DNA from: Gemmatimonadota bacterium
GTDB taxonomy: Bacteria; Gemmatimonadota; Gemmatimonadetes; Gemmatimonadales; GWC2-71-9
Assembly (NCBI GenBank): GCA_039591655.1
Contig: JBDHDE010000045.1
Coordinates: 1-31,320, forward strand
DNA: 31,320 bases
Reading direction: 5' to 3'
Position 1 is the first letter of the stretch. Every line of letters begins with the position of its first letter. Of the stretch, positions 11,977 to 20,910 are shown piece by piece. The notes under the pieces are model-generated. The model was not told the origin of the DNA. It was given only the letters and a program-made list of their open reading frames with translations, and searched no databases. The position numbers were made by a program, and so were the translations under genes.

Positions 11977-14727
11977 CTACTCCGAGCCGCCCGCCTCCGT
12001 AGCCGTGAGCTCCATGTTAGCCATGCCACCGCCGGCGCCGGCCGGAAGCTTCGCCTCGCCGCGGACAATCGTGTGCGGAGCAGCTTCCATCACCCTGAGC
12101 GTCCCGGTGCCGGCTTCGTCGTCGTCCAGCGGCGTCACCTTCACCACGAACGTCTCGAACGTGCCCGCCGCGCACTCGACGGTTTCCGTACCGGTCACCT
12201 CCAGCATCATGGGGCGCACCTGACCCGACTGCAGGTTGAAGATGCGGAACGTAGCCTGGTACCCCACCGCCAGGGGAAGTGTCGCGATCACCGCGTCCGT
12301 GCCGGCACCGCTGGCCAGGATCGGCGCCTCCAGGTCCACGTCGATGGGGATGGTCTGCCCCTGCGCCCGGATCTCGCCCATCAGCGTCGAGTCGGTGTAT
12401 TGGATCTGGACGGACGCGCCCCCGGCCAGGCTGCGGCGAATCGGGGTGAGCATCTGGTGGTCGAGCTCCATGGTGTCCACCACCGTGCCCATGGGCATGA
12501 CAGTGGTCTCCACCACCCGCCAGATCGTCTCACCCTCCACGGTACCGGTCTCGTACACCCTGGTGATGTCGAACACCATCTCCTGCCCCATCATCGGGGC
12601 CGTCACCGAGTACTGTAACGTGGCCGGCTCCAGCAGGCTCCCATCTGCCATCGGGAGGGGCGCCGTGGCGGCGTCGACCGTCATCGTCGGCGCCTCGGCG
12701 ACCACCACAGTACTCACGTCCACCGTGAGCGCCGCCAGGGTGGCCCCGATCTCGTCGGAGGTCTCCTCCTGGTAACGGCCGTGCAGGTGCTGCGCCAGGA
12801 AGCGCTCCATGGCCACCGAGAACGCCAAGCGGTTCTCGTGGCCGGCGAAGCCGTGGCCCTCGTCCTCCGCCAGTATGTACTCGACCTCGCGCCCGAGGTC
12901 CCGCAGCGCGACGACGATCTGCTCGGACTCGCGCTTCTTCACCCGCGGGTCGTTGGCGCCCTGGATCACGAGCAAGGGGGCCGTGATCTGCTCCGCCGAG
13001 AACAGCGGGGACTGGGCCAGGAGCCGCTCATGGTCCGCGGGGTCCTCGGGATCGCCCAACCGCACGTCGAACATGGCCTTGATCGGCTTCCAGTACGGCG
13101 GGATGGAATTGAGCAACGTGATCAAATTGGACGGCCCCACGTAGGACACCCCGGCGGCATACAGGTCCGGCGTGAACGCGACGCCCGCAAGCGTGGCGTA
13201 CCCGCCGTAGGACCCGCCGAAGATGGCCACCTGCTCTGGGTCGGCGATGCCCTGGTCGATGAGGTACTTCACCCCGTCGGTGATGTCGTGCTGCATCGCT
13301 CCGGTGCCCCACTCGCCGTTCCCCGCGTTGAGGAAGGCCTTCCCGTAGCCCGTGGAGCCCCTGAAGTTGGGCTGGAGCACCGCGTAGCCGCGGTTGGCGA
13401 GGAACTGCGTATACGGGTCGTAGCCCCACATGTCGCGGGCCCATGGTCCGCCGTGCGGCGTGACGACGACGGGCAGGTTCCTTCCCTCGACGCCCCGGGG
13501 AATGGTGAGGTAGGCCGGGATCTCCAGGCCGTCGCGGGCCTGGTAGCGCACCGCCTGCATGTAGGCCAGCTGCTCGCTGGGCAGGCTCGGACGTGAGCGG
13601 TACAGCAGCTCGACCTCTTCGGTCTGCCGGTTGTAGAGGTAGGCCGAGCCGGGATCCACGTCCCGGGAGACGTAGACAATGATGAGGTTCTCGTCCTCTG
13701 TGGAGGATCCGAAGGAGAGCTCGCCCTCGGGGAGCTTCTCTCTCAGGACCTCCAGGTCACGGGCCACCTCGTCGGTCTTGGGATAGATACGCACGCGGTC
13801 GCCCACGTACACGGTGGCCACCAGCTCGTCGGTGACGTCCGAGAACGCCGCGCCACCAAAATCCACCTGGTTCTCGGGGTCGGACTCTACGAACTCCAGC
13901 TCGCCGGTGGCCGGATCGAAGAGCACGAGGCGGGTGAGGTTCACATCATCACCCTTGTTGGTGATCATGTACACCTGTTGGCCGTCCTTGTGGAACCGGA
14001 CGGGACCGCAGGTCTCCTCGTTATTGCAGCGGTACACCTCGGTGAGGGTCTCGCCGTCGACCCGCAGGACCAGTGAATTCCCCTCCTCGTCGATCCGGAT
14101 CCCCAGGCGCACGTTGCCTTCCAGGTCAGTCCGCCAACTCGCGACGTTCTCGTCGTTCTGGAGCACGAGCTCGCGCTCACCGGTGCTCAAGTCGACCCGG
14201 TAGACGTCGTGCACCTGCGGGTCACGGTCGTTCAGCCCTACGAGAATCTGGTTGGGAGTAGCCTCGGGCACCGAGTAGATGCGGGCCTGGACCTCGCCGT
14301 AGGGGGTGAGGTCGAGGGCCGCCGGCACGCCGGTGACGTCCTCCGCCGCATCGCGGGGGTTCACGGCGTACACGTGGAAGTTCTCGTTCCCTCCCTTGTC
14401 CTGCACATACAACAGGTAGCGGCTGTCCTGGCTCCAGAAGTAGCCGCGCACCGGGCGAGTGGTATCGGCGGTCATCGGACGAGCCGCCTCGAAGGGCTCA
14501 TCGATCCGCTTCACCCAGATGTTCATCACCTCCAGGTGCTGCTTGCGGAACGAGATGAACTCGCCGTTGGGGGAGATCTGGGCCCCGGCAATCTCCGGGT
14601 CGCCGAAGAACAGCTCCCGATCGATGAGCGGGGGAAGCTGGTCCAGATGGCTCTGCTCCTGGGCGGCGGCCGGGGCCGCGAACGCCAGTAGGCAAAGCGC
14701 CGCCAGCAAAGACGTCAGGCGCTGCAT
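11977..14727 (-). CDS. Secreted S9 family (prolyl oligopeptidase/acylaminoacyl peptidase-like) serine peptidase with extra C-terminal DUF3108-like domain, 916 aa
   Basis: ATG 14727 after GGAGG; Sec signal ending AAA-Q; beta-propeller region; [15 protein letters not shown], nucleophile [14 protein letters not shown] (Asp), DEGHGF (His); about 220-aa C-terminal extension. Confidence 0.95.
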   Translation of the reverse strand: MQRLTSLLAALCLLAFAAPAAAQEQSHLDQLPPLIDRELFFGDPEIAGAQISPNGEFISFRKQHLEVMNIWVKRIDEPFEAARPMTADTTRPVRGYFWSQDSRYLLYVQDKGGNENFHVYAVNPRDAAEDVTGVPAALDLTPYGEVQARIYSVPEATPNQILVGLNDRDPQVHDVYRVDLSTGERELVLQNDENVASWRTDLEGNVRLGIRIDEEGNSLVLRVDGETLTEVYRCNNEETCGPVRFHKDGQQVYMITNKGDDVNLTRLVLFDPATGELEFVESDPENQVDFGGAAFSDVTDELVATVYVGDRVRIYPKTDEVARDLEVLREKLPEGELSFGSSTEDENLIIVYVSRDVDPGSAYLYNRQTEEVELLYRSRPSLPSEQLAYMQAVRYQARDGLEIPAYLTIPRGVEGRNLPVVVTPHGGPWARDMWGYDPYTQFLANRGYAVLQPNFRGSTGYGKAFLNAGNGEWGTGAMQHDITDGVKYLIDQGIADPEQVAIFGGSYGGYATLAGVAFTPDLYAAGVSYVGPSNLITLLNSIPPYWKPIKAMFDVRLGDPEDPADHERLLAQSPLFSAEQITAPLLVIQGANDPRVKKRESEQIVVALRDLGREVEYILAEDEGHGFAGHENRLAFSVAMERFLAQHLHGRYQEETSDEIGATLAALTVDVSTVVVAEAPTMTVDAATAPLPMADGSLLEPATLQYSVTAPMMGQEMVFDITRVYETGTVEGETIWRVVETTVMPMGTVVDTMELDHQMLTPIRRSLAGGASVQIQYTDSTLMGEIRAQGQTIPIDVDLEAPILASGAGTDAVIATLPLAVGYQATFRIFNLQSGQVRPMMLEVTGTETVECAAGTFETFVVKVTPLDDDEAGTGTLRVMEAAPHTIVRGEAKLPAGAGGGMANMELTATEAGGSE

Positions 14728-14879
14728 GAAACCTCCTGCGAACTCACTGCAGTTGAGTCGGAAATCGGACAATCCGATCGTGGTGCTGAGTGTGGAAGAT
14801 CACGGGATGCCCCGGCGGTGGCAAGCCGGAGAGAACGTGGCTTCGCGCCCAGGCGGCGTCCCCTCCGGGGCGGCAGCGA

Positions 14880-15332
14880 CTACGTAGCGGCGGTGTCCGG
14901 TTCCGGCTGCTCCACCAGGATGCCGCGGGCGATGTCCGGATCGAGGGCCAACTCGGTCTCCCCGATGCGCACTACACAGGTGGGCTGCTGCTGGATCACG
15001 GTGAGCTCGGCACCGGGGACCAGCCCGAAGACCGCCAGGGAGTTCCGGCGGGACGAGCTCCCGCCCCCCAAGCACAGCACCGCAGCCCGCTCGCCCCGCT
15101 TCAGCTCCCTGACCGATCGCACTGTGGCAGGGTAGTCGCGCTTCGCCGGCGGCGGTTTGCCCAACAGGCGGGAGAGCCAGCTCACCGGCTGGGGCTTCTC
15201 CGGGAACTCGTACTGGCAGCTGGGGCAGCGGATCAGGCCGCACCACGGCCCCATGGGGCAGCCGTGAGAGCACAGTGTGTCCGTCTTCTCGAACTCGAAG
15301 CCGCAGAACGAGCAGGTCAGATACTCAGCCAT
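14880..15332 (-). CDS. feoA: FeoA domain protein with N-terminal 7-Cys metal-binding domain, 150 aa
   Basis: ATG 15332 overlaps the feoB end by 16 nt. N-terminus CSFC-x10-CSHGC-x5-C-x4-CPSC; C-terminus LKRGERAAV...LAVFGLVPGAELTV...VVRIGETELALDPDIARGILV fits the FeoA SH3-like pattern. Confidence 0.88.
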   Translation of the reverse strand: MAEYLTCSFCGFEFEKTDTLCSHGCPMGPWCGLIRCPSCQYEFPEKPQPVSWLSRLLGKPPPAKRDYPATVRSVRELKRGERAAVLCLGGGSSSRRNSLAVFGLVPGAELTVIQQQPTCVVRIGETELALDPDIARGILVEQPEPDTAAT

Positions 15333-17263
15333 TGCCCGATGTGATTGATCAGGCCGCCCACGAAGAACGCGAACGGGAAGATGAAAGCGGCCATGCTCCA
15401 CGCCGTCTTCATGCTGTGCTCCTTCGCGATCATCAGGAAGTTGGCGATACAGGGCATGAAGAGGGTGATCGTCACCATGGCCACCAGGATCTGATGCGGC
15501 GAGAGCACAGCGTCGGGTCCAGTGGCAGCATCCAAAATGTAGACCGCACCGAAATCCCGGCGCATGAACCCGATCAGGAACGCGTTGGCCATCTCCTTGG
15601 GGAGGCCCAACCACCCCGCCACCAGCGGCTCGACGGCGCGTGCGATGCCGTCCAGCAGGTTCGCGGCGTCCAGCAGGAAGAGGATCCCGGTCCCGAGAAC
15701 GAAGAGGGGAATGACCTCCTTGAGGTACCAGTTCAGCCGGCTGGCGGTCTTTACCAGGACGTTCGAGACCTGGGGTCGCCGCATCGGCGGGATCTCCAGA
15801 ATGAAGTCGCTGGACTCGCCACCGACGACCCGGGCCGTGAGCCATCCCACCAGCAGGATCACGCCGATCACGACACCGAGCCACACGAGCGTCCCGGGGC
15901 CGGCCAGAGTGGCCATCAGCGCCAACAGCACGCCCAGTTGGGCGGAGCACGGTACCGCCAGGGCCAGCAGCATGGTCGTGACGATACGCTCTTTGCGCGT
16001 CTCCAGGATGCGCGTCGTCATGGTGGCCATAGTGTCGCAGCCCAGCCCCAGGATCATGGGGAGCACCGCCTTGCCGTTGAGCCCCATGAAGCGGAATACC
16101 CGGTGCACCATGATCGCCATGCGCGAGAAGTAACCCGAGTCTTCCAGGATGCTGAACGCGAGGAAGAAGGCCGTGACGATGGGGAGCACGATGGCGAAGG
16201 CGTAGCTCAACGCCATGGTGATGGCGCCGTACTCGCCTACGAGGAAGTCGTGGCCGAAGCGCAGCACCTTCTGCACGGCCGAGAGCTCGACCCCCGGGTC
16301 CACCGCGTACCCTGGCACGATGACGTCCCGCTGTAAGGTGCCCAGGGGGATCTCGTGGACCGGCGTGGCCGGGATGCCCACTGACACCGCCACGGTCTCC
16401 GTGTGGTGCAGGTGGGGGAATGGGAGCACGACGTCCACGGCCCGGATGGCCAAGGGATTGAGGTGCTGCTGGAAGAGCCCGACCTCGAACACGTCCACCG
16501 CCGTGCCGGCCCCCAGGAGCCCCACGAACCAGAACACGGCCGCCAGGACCAAGCCCAGTACCGCCAGACCCTTCACAGGGTGCATGGCCCAGAAGCCCAG
16601 CCGCACGCCGGCCGGCGCGTGGGCCGGCTGGTGCATGGAGTACGTATCTGCCAGGATCTCGTTCACCTGAGCCAGGCGAATGCGGTTGCGCTCGTAGTCG
16701 TCGGCGGCATCCGGTAAGGCCTGCTCGGGCCGCTTGGGGGTGCGCGCCTGCGGCAGGGCCTCGACGAGGTCGCTGGTGCCGACGTTCCGCGGCGCCACCG
16801 TGGCGACCACCGGCACACCCAGCAACCCGCTGAGCCGCGCCGTGTCAATCTGGCCGCCACGCTCCTCCAGCTCGTCGAACATGTTCAGCACGAGCACCAT
16901 GGGCCGGTCCAGCTCGGCGAGCTGCAGCGTGAGCAGCAGGGCGCGTCTCAGGTTCTTGGCGTCGGCCACCTGGACGATGGTCGCGCCGCGGTGCTCGTCC
17001 AGCACCCGGCGCGTCACCCGTGCGTCGTCGCTGCGGGGCGAGAGATCGTTGATTCCGGGGGTGTCAATGACCTCGATATCGCGGCCGTTGAAGTTGGCGC
17101 GGGCCCGAACGATCTCGACAGTGGTGCCGGGGTAGTTGGAGACGGTGACGTAGCGGTTGGTGAGGTTCTTGAAGAGGACGCTCTTCCCCACGTTGGGGTT
17201 GCCCACCAGTACGGTGGTGCCCCGCCCCCGCGCACCCCGGTCGGGAGCCCGCGGGCTCGTCAT
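15317..17263 (-). CDS. feoB: Ferrous iron transport GTPase FeoB, 648 aa
   Basis: ATG 17263 after GGAGGAGG; G1 GNPNVGKS, G2 NYPGTT, G3 DTPG, G4 NMFD; membrane gate motifs LEDSGY, GLNGK, LGLGC, VPCSA, FILEIP, LFMPCIA. Confidence 0.96.
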   Translation of the reverse strand: MTSPRAPDRGARGRGTTVLVGNPNVGKSVLFKNLTNRYVTVSNYPGTTVEIVRARANFNGRDIEVIDTPGINDLSPRSDDARVTRRVLDEHRGATIVQVADAKNLRRALLLTLQLAELDRPMVLVLNMFDELEERGGQIDTARLSGLLGVPVVATVAPRNVGTSDLVEALPQARTPKRPEQALPDAADDYERNRIRLAQVNEILADTYSMHQPAHAPAGVRLGFWAMHPVKGLAVLGLVLAAVFWFVGLLGAGTAVDVFEVGLFQQHLNPLAIRAVDVVLPFPHLHHTETVAVSVGIPATPVHEIPLGTLQRDVIVPGYAVDPGVELSAVQKVLRFGHDFLVGEYGAITMALSYAFAIVLPIVTAFFLAFSILEDSGYFSRMAIMVHRVFRFMGLNGKAVLPMILGLGCDTMATMTTRILETRKERIVTTMLLALAVPCSAQLGVLLALMATLAGPGTLVWLGVVIGVILLVGWLTARVVGGESSDFILEIPPMRRPQVSNVLVKTASRLNWYLKEVIPLFVLGTGILFLLDAANLLDGIARAVEPLVAGWLGLPKEMANAFLIGFMRRDFGAVYILDAATGPDAVLSPHQILVAMVTITLFMPCIANFLMIAKEHSMKTAWSMAAFIFPFAFFVGGLINHIGQWLSI

Positions 17264-17362
17264 GTCCCCTCCTCCGGCACGGCCGGGCCGTGACCGCGTG
17301 CGTGACACCCTGGCAGAGCCTCGTCCGGCTGACCCTTAATCATTACCAAGATGGTCACGTTT

Positions 17363-17431
17363 TCGCGTGAAGGACCGCATGAAGGGATATTTAGCCCGTG
17401 GCGTGGCTCGAGGGAAACCAGCTTCACGCGA
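17363..17431. repeat. 10-bp inverted repeat with 49-nt spacer upstream of feoB
   Basis: tcgcgtgaag (17363-17372) and cttcacgcga (17422-17431). Confidence 0.6.
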
Positions 17432-17432
17432 G

Positions 17433-17459
17433 AGGCCCGGGGCGGGATCCCCCGGGCCT
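17433..17459. terminator. GC-rich hairpin, likely terminator between the M28 gene and feoB
   Basis: aggcccgggg / ccccgggcct 10-bp stem with 7-nt loop, about 50 nt past stop 17511; the T-tract is on the plus side only. Confidence 0.5.
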
Positions 17460-17510
17460 TTGTTACCTCTCTCATCTGTCGGTGGAAGCCGGAGCGGCCC
17501 CCGACTGTGC

Positions 17511-19034
17511 CTAGTTGGTCGCCTCTGGCCGCGCCTTCCGCGGGACCATCTCGTCCCGCATGGCGAGGTGGTATACCGTCGCGGCGACCACCACTGCAGC
17601 CTGCTTCAGATCGTCCAGCATCAGGTTGTCGTACGTGTCGATGTACGTATGGTGCGTGCGCACGCCGTACTCGATGGGATCCTGGATGAAGTTGAAGCCC
17701 GGGATGCCGGCCCGGTCGAACGCGAGGTGGTCGGTGCCGCCGGTGTTCCCGTGCTTAACCGCCACTACACCGAGGTCGTGGAACGGCCACAGAAGCTGCT
17801 CGAAGATCGGGATCGCCTGCTCGTTCATCTGATCCCAGATCCCCCGGACCTTGCCGGTGCCGTTATCGACGTTCACGTAGGCCGAGATCCGGTCGTGGAG
17901 ATCTTGGTGGTTCTCCACCCAGTTGCGCGAGCCCAGCAGCCCCTGTTCTTCCCCACTCCACAGCGCGATCCGAATGGTGCGGCGCGGCTGGAGGTTAAGG
18001 GTCTTGAGGATGCGCACCGCCTCCATCATCACTACCGACCCGGCGCCGTTGTCAGTGGCGCCGCCGCCGTAGTGCCACGAGTCGAGGTGCGCCCCGAGCA
18101 TCACGTACTCGTCGGCGAGATCGGTCCCCGGGATGTCGCCTAGCGTGTTGTACTCCATGAGATCGTCGTCAAAGAACTCGTTCTGGACCTCGATCTCGAG
18201 GCGCACCGGGATGCCGGCCTCCACGTTGCGATAGATCTGGTTGTACTGCTCGCGGATGACCACCAGCTCCGGCGTGGGATCGGGGTTGTCCGCCTCCCGC
18301 CCCGCGTTGTTCCCGCCACCCCGGATCATGCCGAAGTTGCGGGAGGAGGGGGTGAGGATCACGGCGACGCCTTCGGCCGCGATGGCCTCCTTCACCTCTC
18401 GCTGGAGGCGCCGCCGCCGGCGCCACTCCTCCCGGCGCGCCCGCTGGTCGTCGGTGACCTCTCGCTCGGCCGGTGGGGCCAGGAGGCTGTCCAGCGACGT
18501 CCGGCGCGGCCGCGGCTCGAACACCGGCTCGACGTCCGGCGGATCGGCCATCAGCACGACGGCGCCCTCGAGCTGCCCGCTATACTGCTCCAGGTCCGTC
18601 ACCGTGTCGGCCTGCACGATCACGGCATCCTGCGTGACTACTCCGTTGGTGCTCCCAGTCCACCCCACCGCCTGGGCGTGGAGCGGCTGCACGTAGGGTG
18701 TGAGGATCCGCCCGCTGTAGGAGACCTGCTCCCACCCCCGGCCGAACTCGCCCCACGGCTCCACCTGGACGTTCTCCAGGCCCCACTCCCGCAGCTTGTC
18801 GGCCGTCCAGTTGTTGGCCTGGCGCATGGCCGGCGAACCGGTGAGGCGTGGTCCGATGACCTCGGTGAGGTAGCGCGCGAGGTCGGGGATCTGGGACCGT
18901 TCCAGCCCCTCCTCGCGGATCTGCTGCACCACCGCCAGATCGACGCTCTCCTGCGCCACCTGGGCCGACGCCACCGATGAGAGCGCAGCCAGCACGGCGA
19001 GCGCACCGGTGAGTGAGCCAACACGACCCTGCAT
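17511..19034 (-). CDS. Secreted M28 family zinc peptidase (carboxypeptidase Q-like, PA insert), 507 aa
   Basis: ATG 19034 after TAAGGAGG; signal ending ASA-Q; IGPRLTGS, GAHLDSW, GATDNGAG, WSGEEQGL, NVDNG, GTDH, THHT. Confidence 0.94.
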   Translation of the reverse strand: MQGRVGSLTGALAVLAALSSVASAQVAQESVDLAVVQQIREEGLERSQIPDLARYLTEVIGPRLTGSPAMRQANNWTADKLREWGLENVQVEPWGEFGRGWEQVSYSGRILTPYVQPLHAQAVGWTGSTNGVVTQDAVIVQADTVTDLEQYSGQLEGAVVLMADPPDVEPVFEPRPRRTSLDSLLAPPAEREVTDDQRARREEWRRRRRLQREVKEAIAAEGVAVILTPSSRNFGMIRGGGNNAGREADNPDPTPELVVIREQYNQIYRNVEAGIPVRLEIEVQNEFFDDDLMEYNTLGDIPGTDLADEYVMLGAHLDSWHYGGGATDNGAGSVVMMEAVRILKTLNLQPRRTIRIALWSGEEQGLLGSRNWVENHQDLHDRISAYVNVDNGTGKVRGIWDQMNEQAIPIFEQLLWPFHDLGVVAVKHGNTGGTDHLAFDRAGIPGFNFIQDPIEYGVRTHHTYIDTYDNLMLDDLKQAAVVVAATVYHLAMRDEMVPRKARPEATN

Positions 19035-19108
19035 GTCATACCTCCTTACTCGACAACCAGGCCGGCCGTCGATCCTCCCCCCGCGAGAGGCCGGCGACCG
19101 GGTCCCGC

Positions 19109-19137
19109 ATTGTACCCCGAGGGCCAACCAGCAGCAA
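19109..19137 (-). promoter_or_regulatory. Sigma70-type promoter for the minus-strand M28 gene
   Basis: Minus strand reads TTGCTG (19137-19132), 17-nt spacer, TACAAT (19114-19109). Confidence 0.6.
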
Positions 19138-19277
19138 CGCACGGAATGGGGGAGCGCACCGGATCGGACCCGCCCGGGAGCGGCCCCAGCAGCACCCTGG
19201 CCGCCGGCGCGACGAGGCGCATATTCTTCCTCGCTTAGGCACGTTCGACGCAGCACCCTCCACTCAGGAGAACACCG

Positions 19278-20765
19278 ATGACGAGGCTCAATCTTCTGGC
19301 ACTATGCGGCCTACTGGCGGGCGCGACATGCGTCGCTACCTCGCCGCTTCGCGCTCAGGATCACGAGAGCGCCGCTCGGCTCGCGACCGCCATGCTCGGC
19401 GAGACGCCGCTCATCGGCGATGCGCGCTCGCTCACCGACGAGGTCGGCGGCAGGCCAACCGGCTCCGAGGCGAACCTGCAGTCTGTCGAGTGGGCCCTGG
19501 AGCGATTCCGAGAGGCGGGTGTGGAGGCCCACCGGGAAGCCTTCATGATGCCAGAGATGTGGCTGGAGAACTCGGCGTCGGCCACCGTGCACGGTGACGG
19601 CGTGCAGTTCGACTGCCGCATCGCCGCTATGCCGTTCTCCACGGGCACGCCGCCGGAGGGCATCACCGCGCCCCTTGTGTTTGGCGGGCACGGAACGCCG
19701 GACGACTTCGAGCGCCTGGGTGACGAGGCGCAGGGGGCCTTCGTGCTCATCGCCACCGAGAAGCTCATGGACGTCGCCGGGCTGTTCAAGGAGTACACCG
19801 ACGCAGCAGCCATCGAGCGCCGGGCCTTTGCCGCGGGCGTGGCCGGCGTGGTGTACACGGGCTCCCGACCCAACAACCTGCTGCACCGTCACCTCGCGTC
19901 CTCCGGAGTCGACAACCAGCACCCCTTGTTCATCATGGAGCGCGATGCCGCGACGCGGGCGAAGCGGTTGCTGCACACGGGCAAGAGGCTGGAGATCACG
20001 GCGCGGATCGACATCCAGGACGGGGGGCCTTACGAGAGCTACAACGTGATCGGCGAGATCAGGGGTGCGACCAGGCCGGAGGAGATGGTCGTCATCGGCG
20101 CCCACCTCGACTCCTGGGGCCTGGGCACCGGCGCGCTGGACAACGGTGCCAACGTTGCACTGGTCATCGACATCGCCCGGCAGATCGTGCGGCTGGGGCT
20201 CCAGCCCGACCGCACCATCCGCTTCGCCCTATGGAACGGCGAGGAGCAGGGACTGGTCGGCTCGTGGCGCTACACCCAGCAGCACGAGGACGAGCTGGAC
20301 AACATCGTGATGGCGAGCTCCTACGACCTCGGCACCGGCCGCATCACAGGGTTCTTCACCGGCGGCCGTCCGGAGATGGTGGAGGCGGTGGAGAAGACGC
20401 TGGAGCCGGTGCGGGGGCTGGGCCCATTCGAGCATGTAGACTGGCCCATCGTCGGCACCGACAACTTCGACTTCATGATGCAGGGAATCGGAAACCTGGT
20501 GGCCAACCAGGCACCGGCCAACTACGGACCCAACTACCATGCCCGCTCCGACACCTTCGACAAGGTAGACCAGCAACAACACCGGCTGAACGCGGCCATT
20601 GCGGCAGCCGTTACGTACGGGTTCGCCACCATGGACGTGACCTGGCAGCGCCAGACCAGGGAGGAGATCGCGCAGATCATCGCCGCCACGGACCTGGGCG
20701 ATCAGATGCGCACCTTCGGCATCTGGCAGCAGTGGGAGTCGGGAGAGCGGGGACGGACGAGGTAG
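19278..20765 (+). CDS. Secreted M28 family zinc peptidase (carboxypeptidase Q-like), 495 aa
   Basis: AGGAG RBS; signal ending PLRA-Q; VGGRPTGS, GAHLDSW, GALDNG, WNGEEQGL, GTDN, NYHARSD. Confidence 0.94.
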   Translation: MTRLNLLALCGLLAGATCVATSPLRAQDHESAARLATAMLGETPLIGDARSLTDEVGGRPTGSEANLQSVEWALERFREAGVEAHREAFMMPEMWLENSASATVHGDGVQFDCRIAAMPFSTGTPPEGITAPLVFGGHGTPDDFERLGDEAQGAFVLIATEKLMDVAGLFKEYTDAAAIERRAFAAGVAGVVYTGSRPNNLLHRHLASSGVDNQHPLFIMERDAATRAKRLLHTGKRLEITARIDIQDGGPYESYNVIGEIRGATRPEEMVVIGAHLDSWGLGTGALDNGANVALVIDIARQIVRLGLQPDRTIRFALWNGEEQGLVGSWRYTQQHEDELDNIVMASSYDLGTGRITGFFTGGRPEMVEAVEKTLEPVRGLGPFEHVDWPIVGTDNFDFMMQGIGNLVANQAPANYGPNYHARSDTFDKVDQQQHRLNAAIAAAVTYGFATMDVTWQRQTREEIAQIIAATDLGDQMRTFGIWQQWESGERGRTR

Positions 20766-20788
20766 CGGCAGGCGGCTGCGAGCCTATG

Positions 20789-20819
20789 GCGGCGCTCCCA
20801 CCCATCTGCGGAGCGCCGC
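20789..20819 (+). terminator. Hairpin after the M28 gene, possible terminator
   Basis: gcggcgctcc / ggagcgccgc 10-bp stem, 11-nt loop, no U-tract. Confidence 0.4.
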
Positions 20820-20910
20820 TGCGCTCCCCTCTGGCCGATTGCAGGTCTCTATCGTATTCATTTAAGACTGTGCCCAAACTTCTAAGCTCCCCCTCCCGGA
20901 GCCGCTCACC

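Noticed and set aside
15333..15950. 206-aa N-terminal extension of the FeoA ORF
   Set aside because: It lies out of frame inside feoB and has low-complexity shadow composition; ATG 15332 starts the Cys domain.
17340..17500. Cobalamin or NiCo riboswitch upstream of feoB
   Set aside because: The conserved cores of those families are not recognisable on the transcribed (minus) strand.
19035..19256. Upstream extensions given by the ORF track (also 11012-11080, 14728-14772, 17264-17308, 25189-25317)
   Set aside because: Downstream starts have Shine-Dalgarno sites, intact signal peptides or paralog-matched N-termini, and some extensions cover promoter-like sequence.
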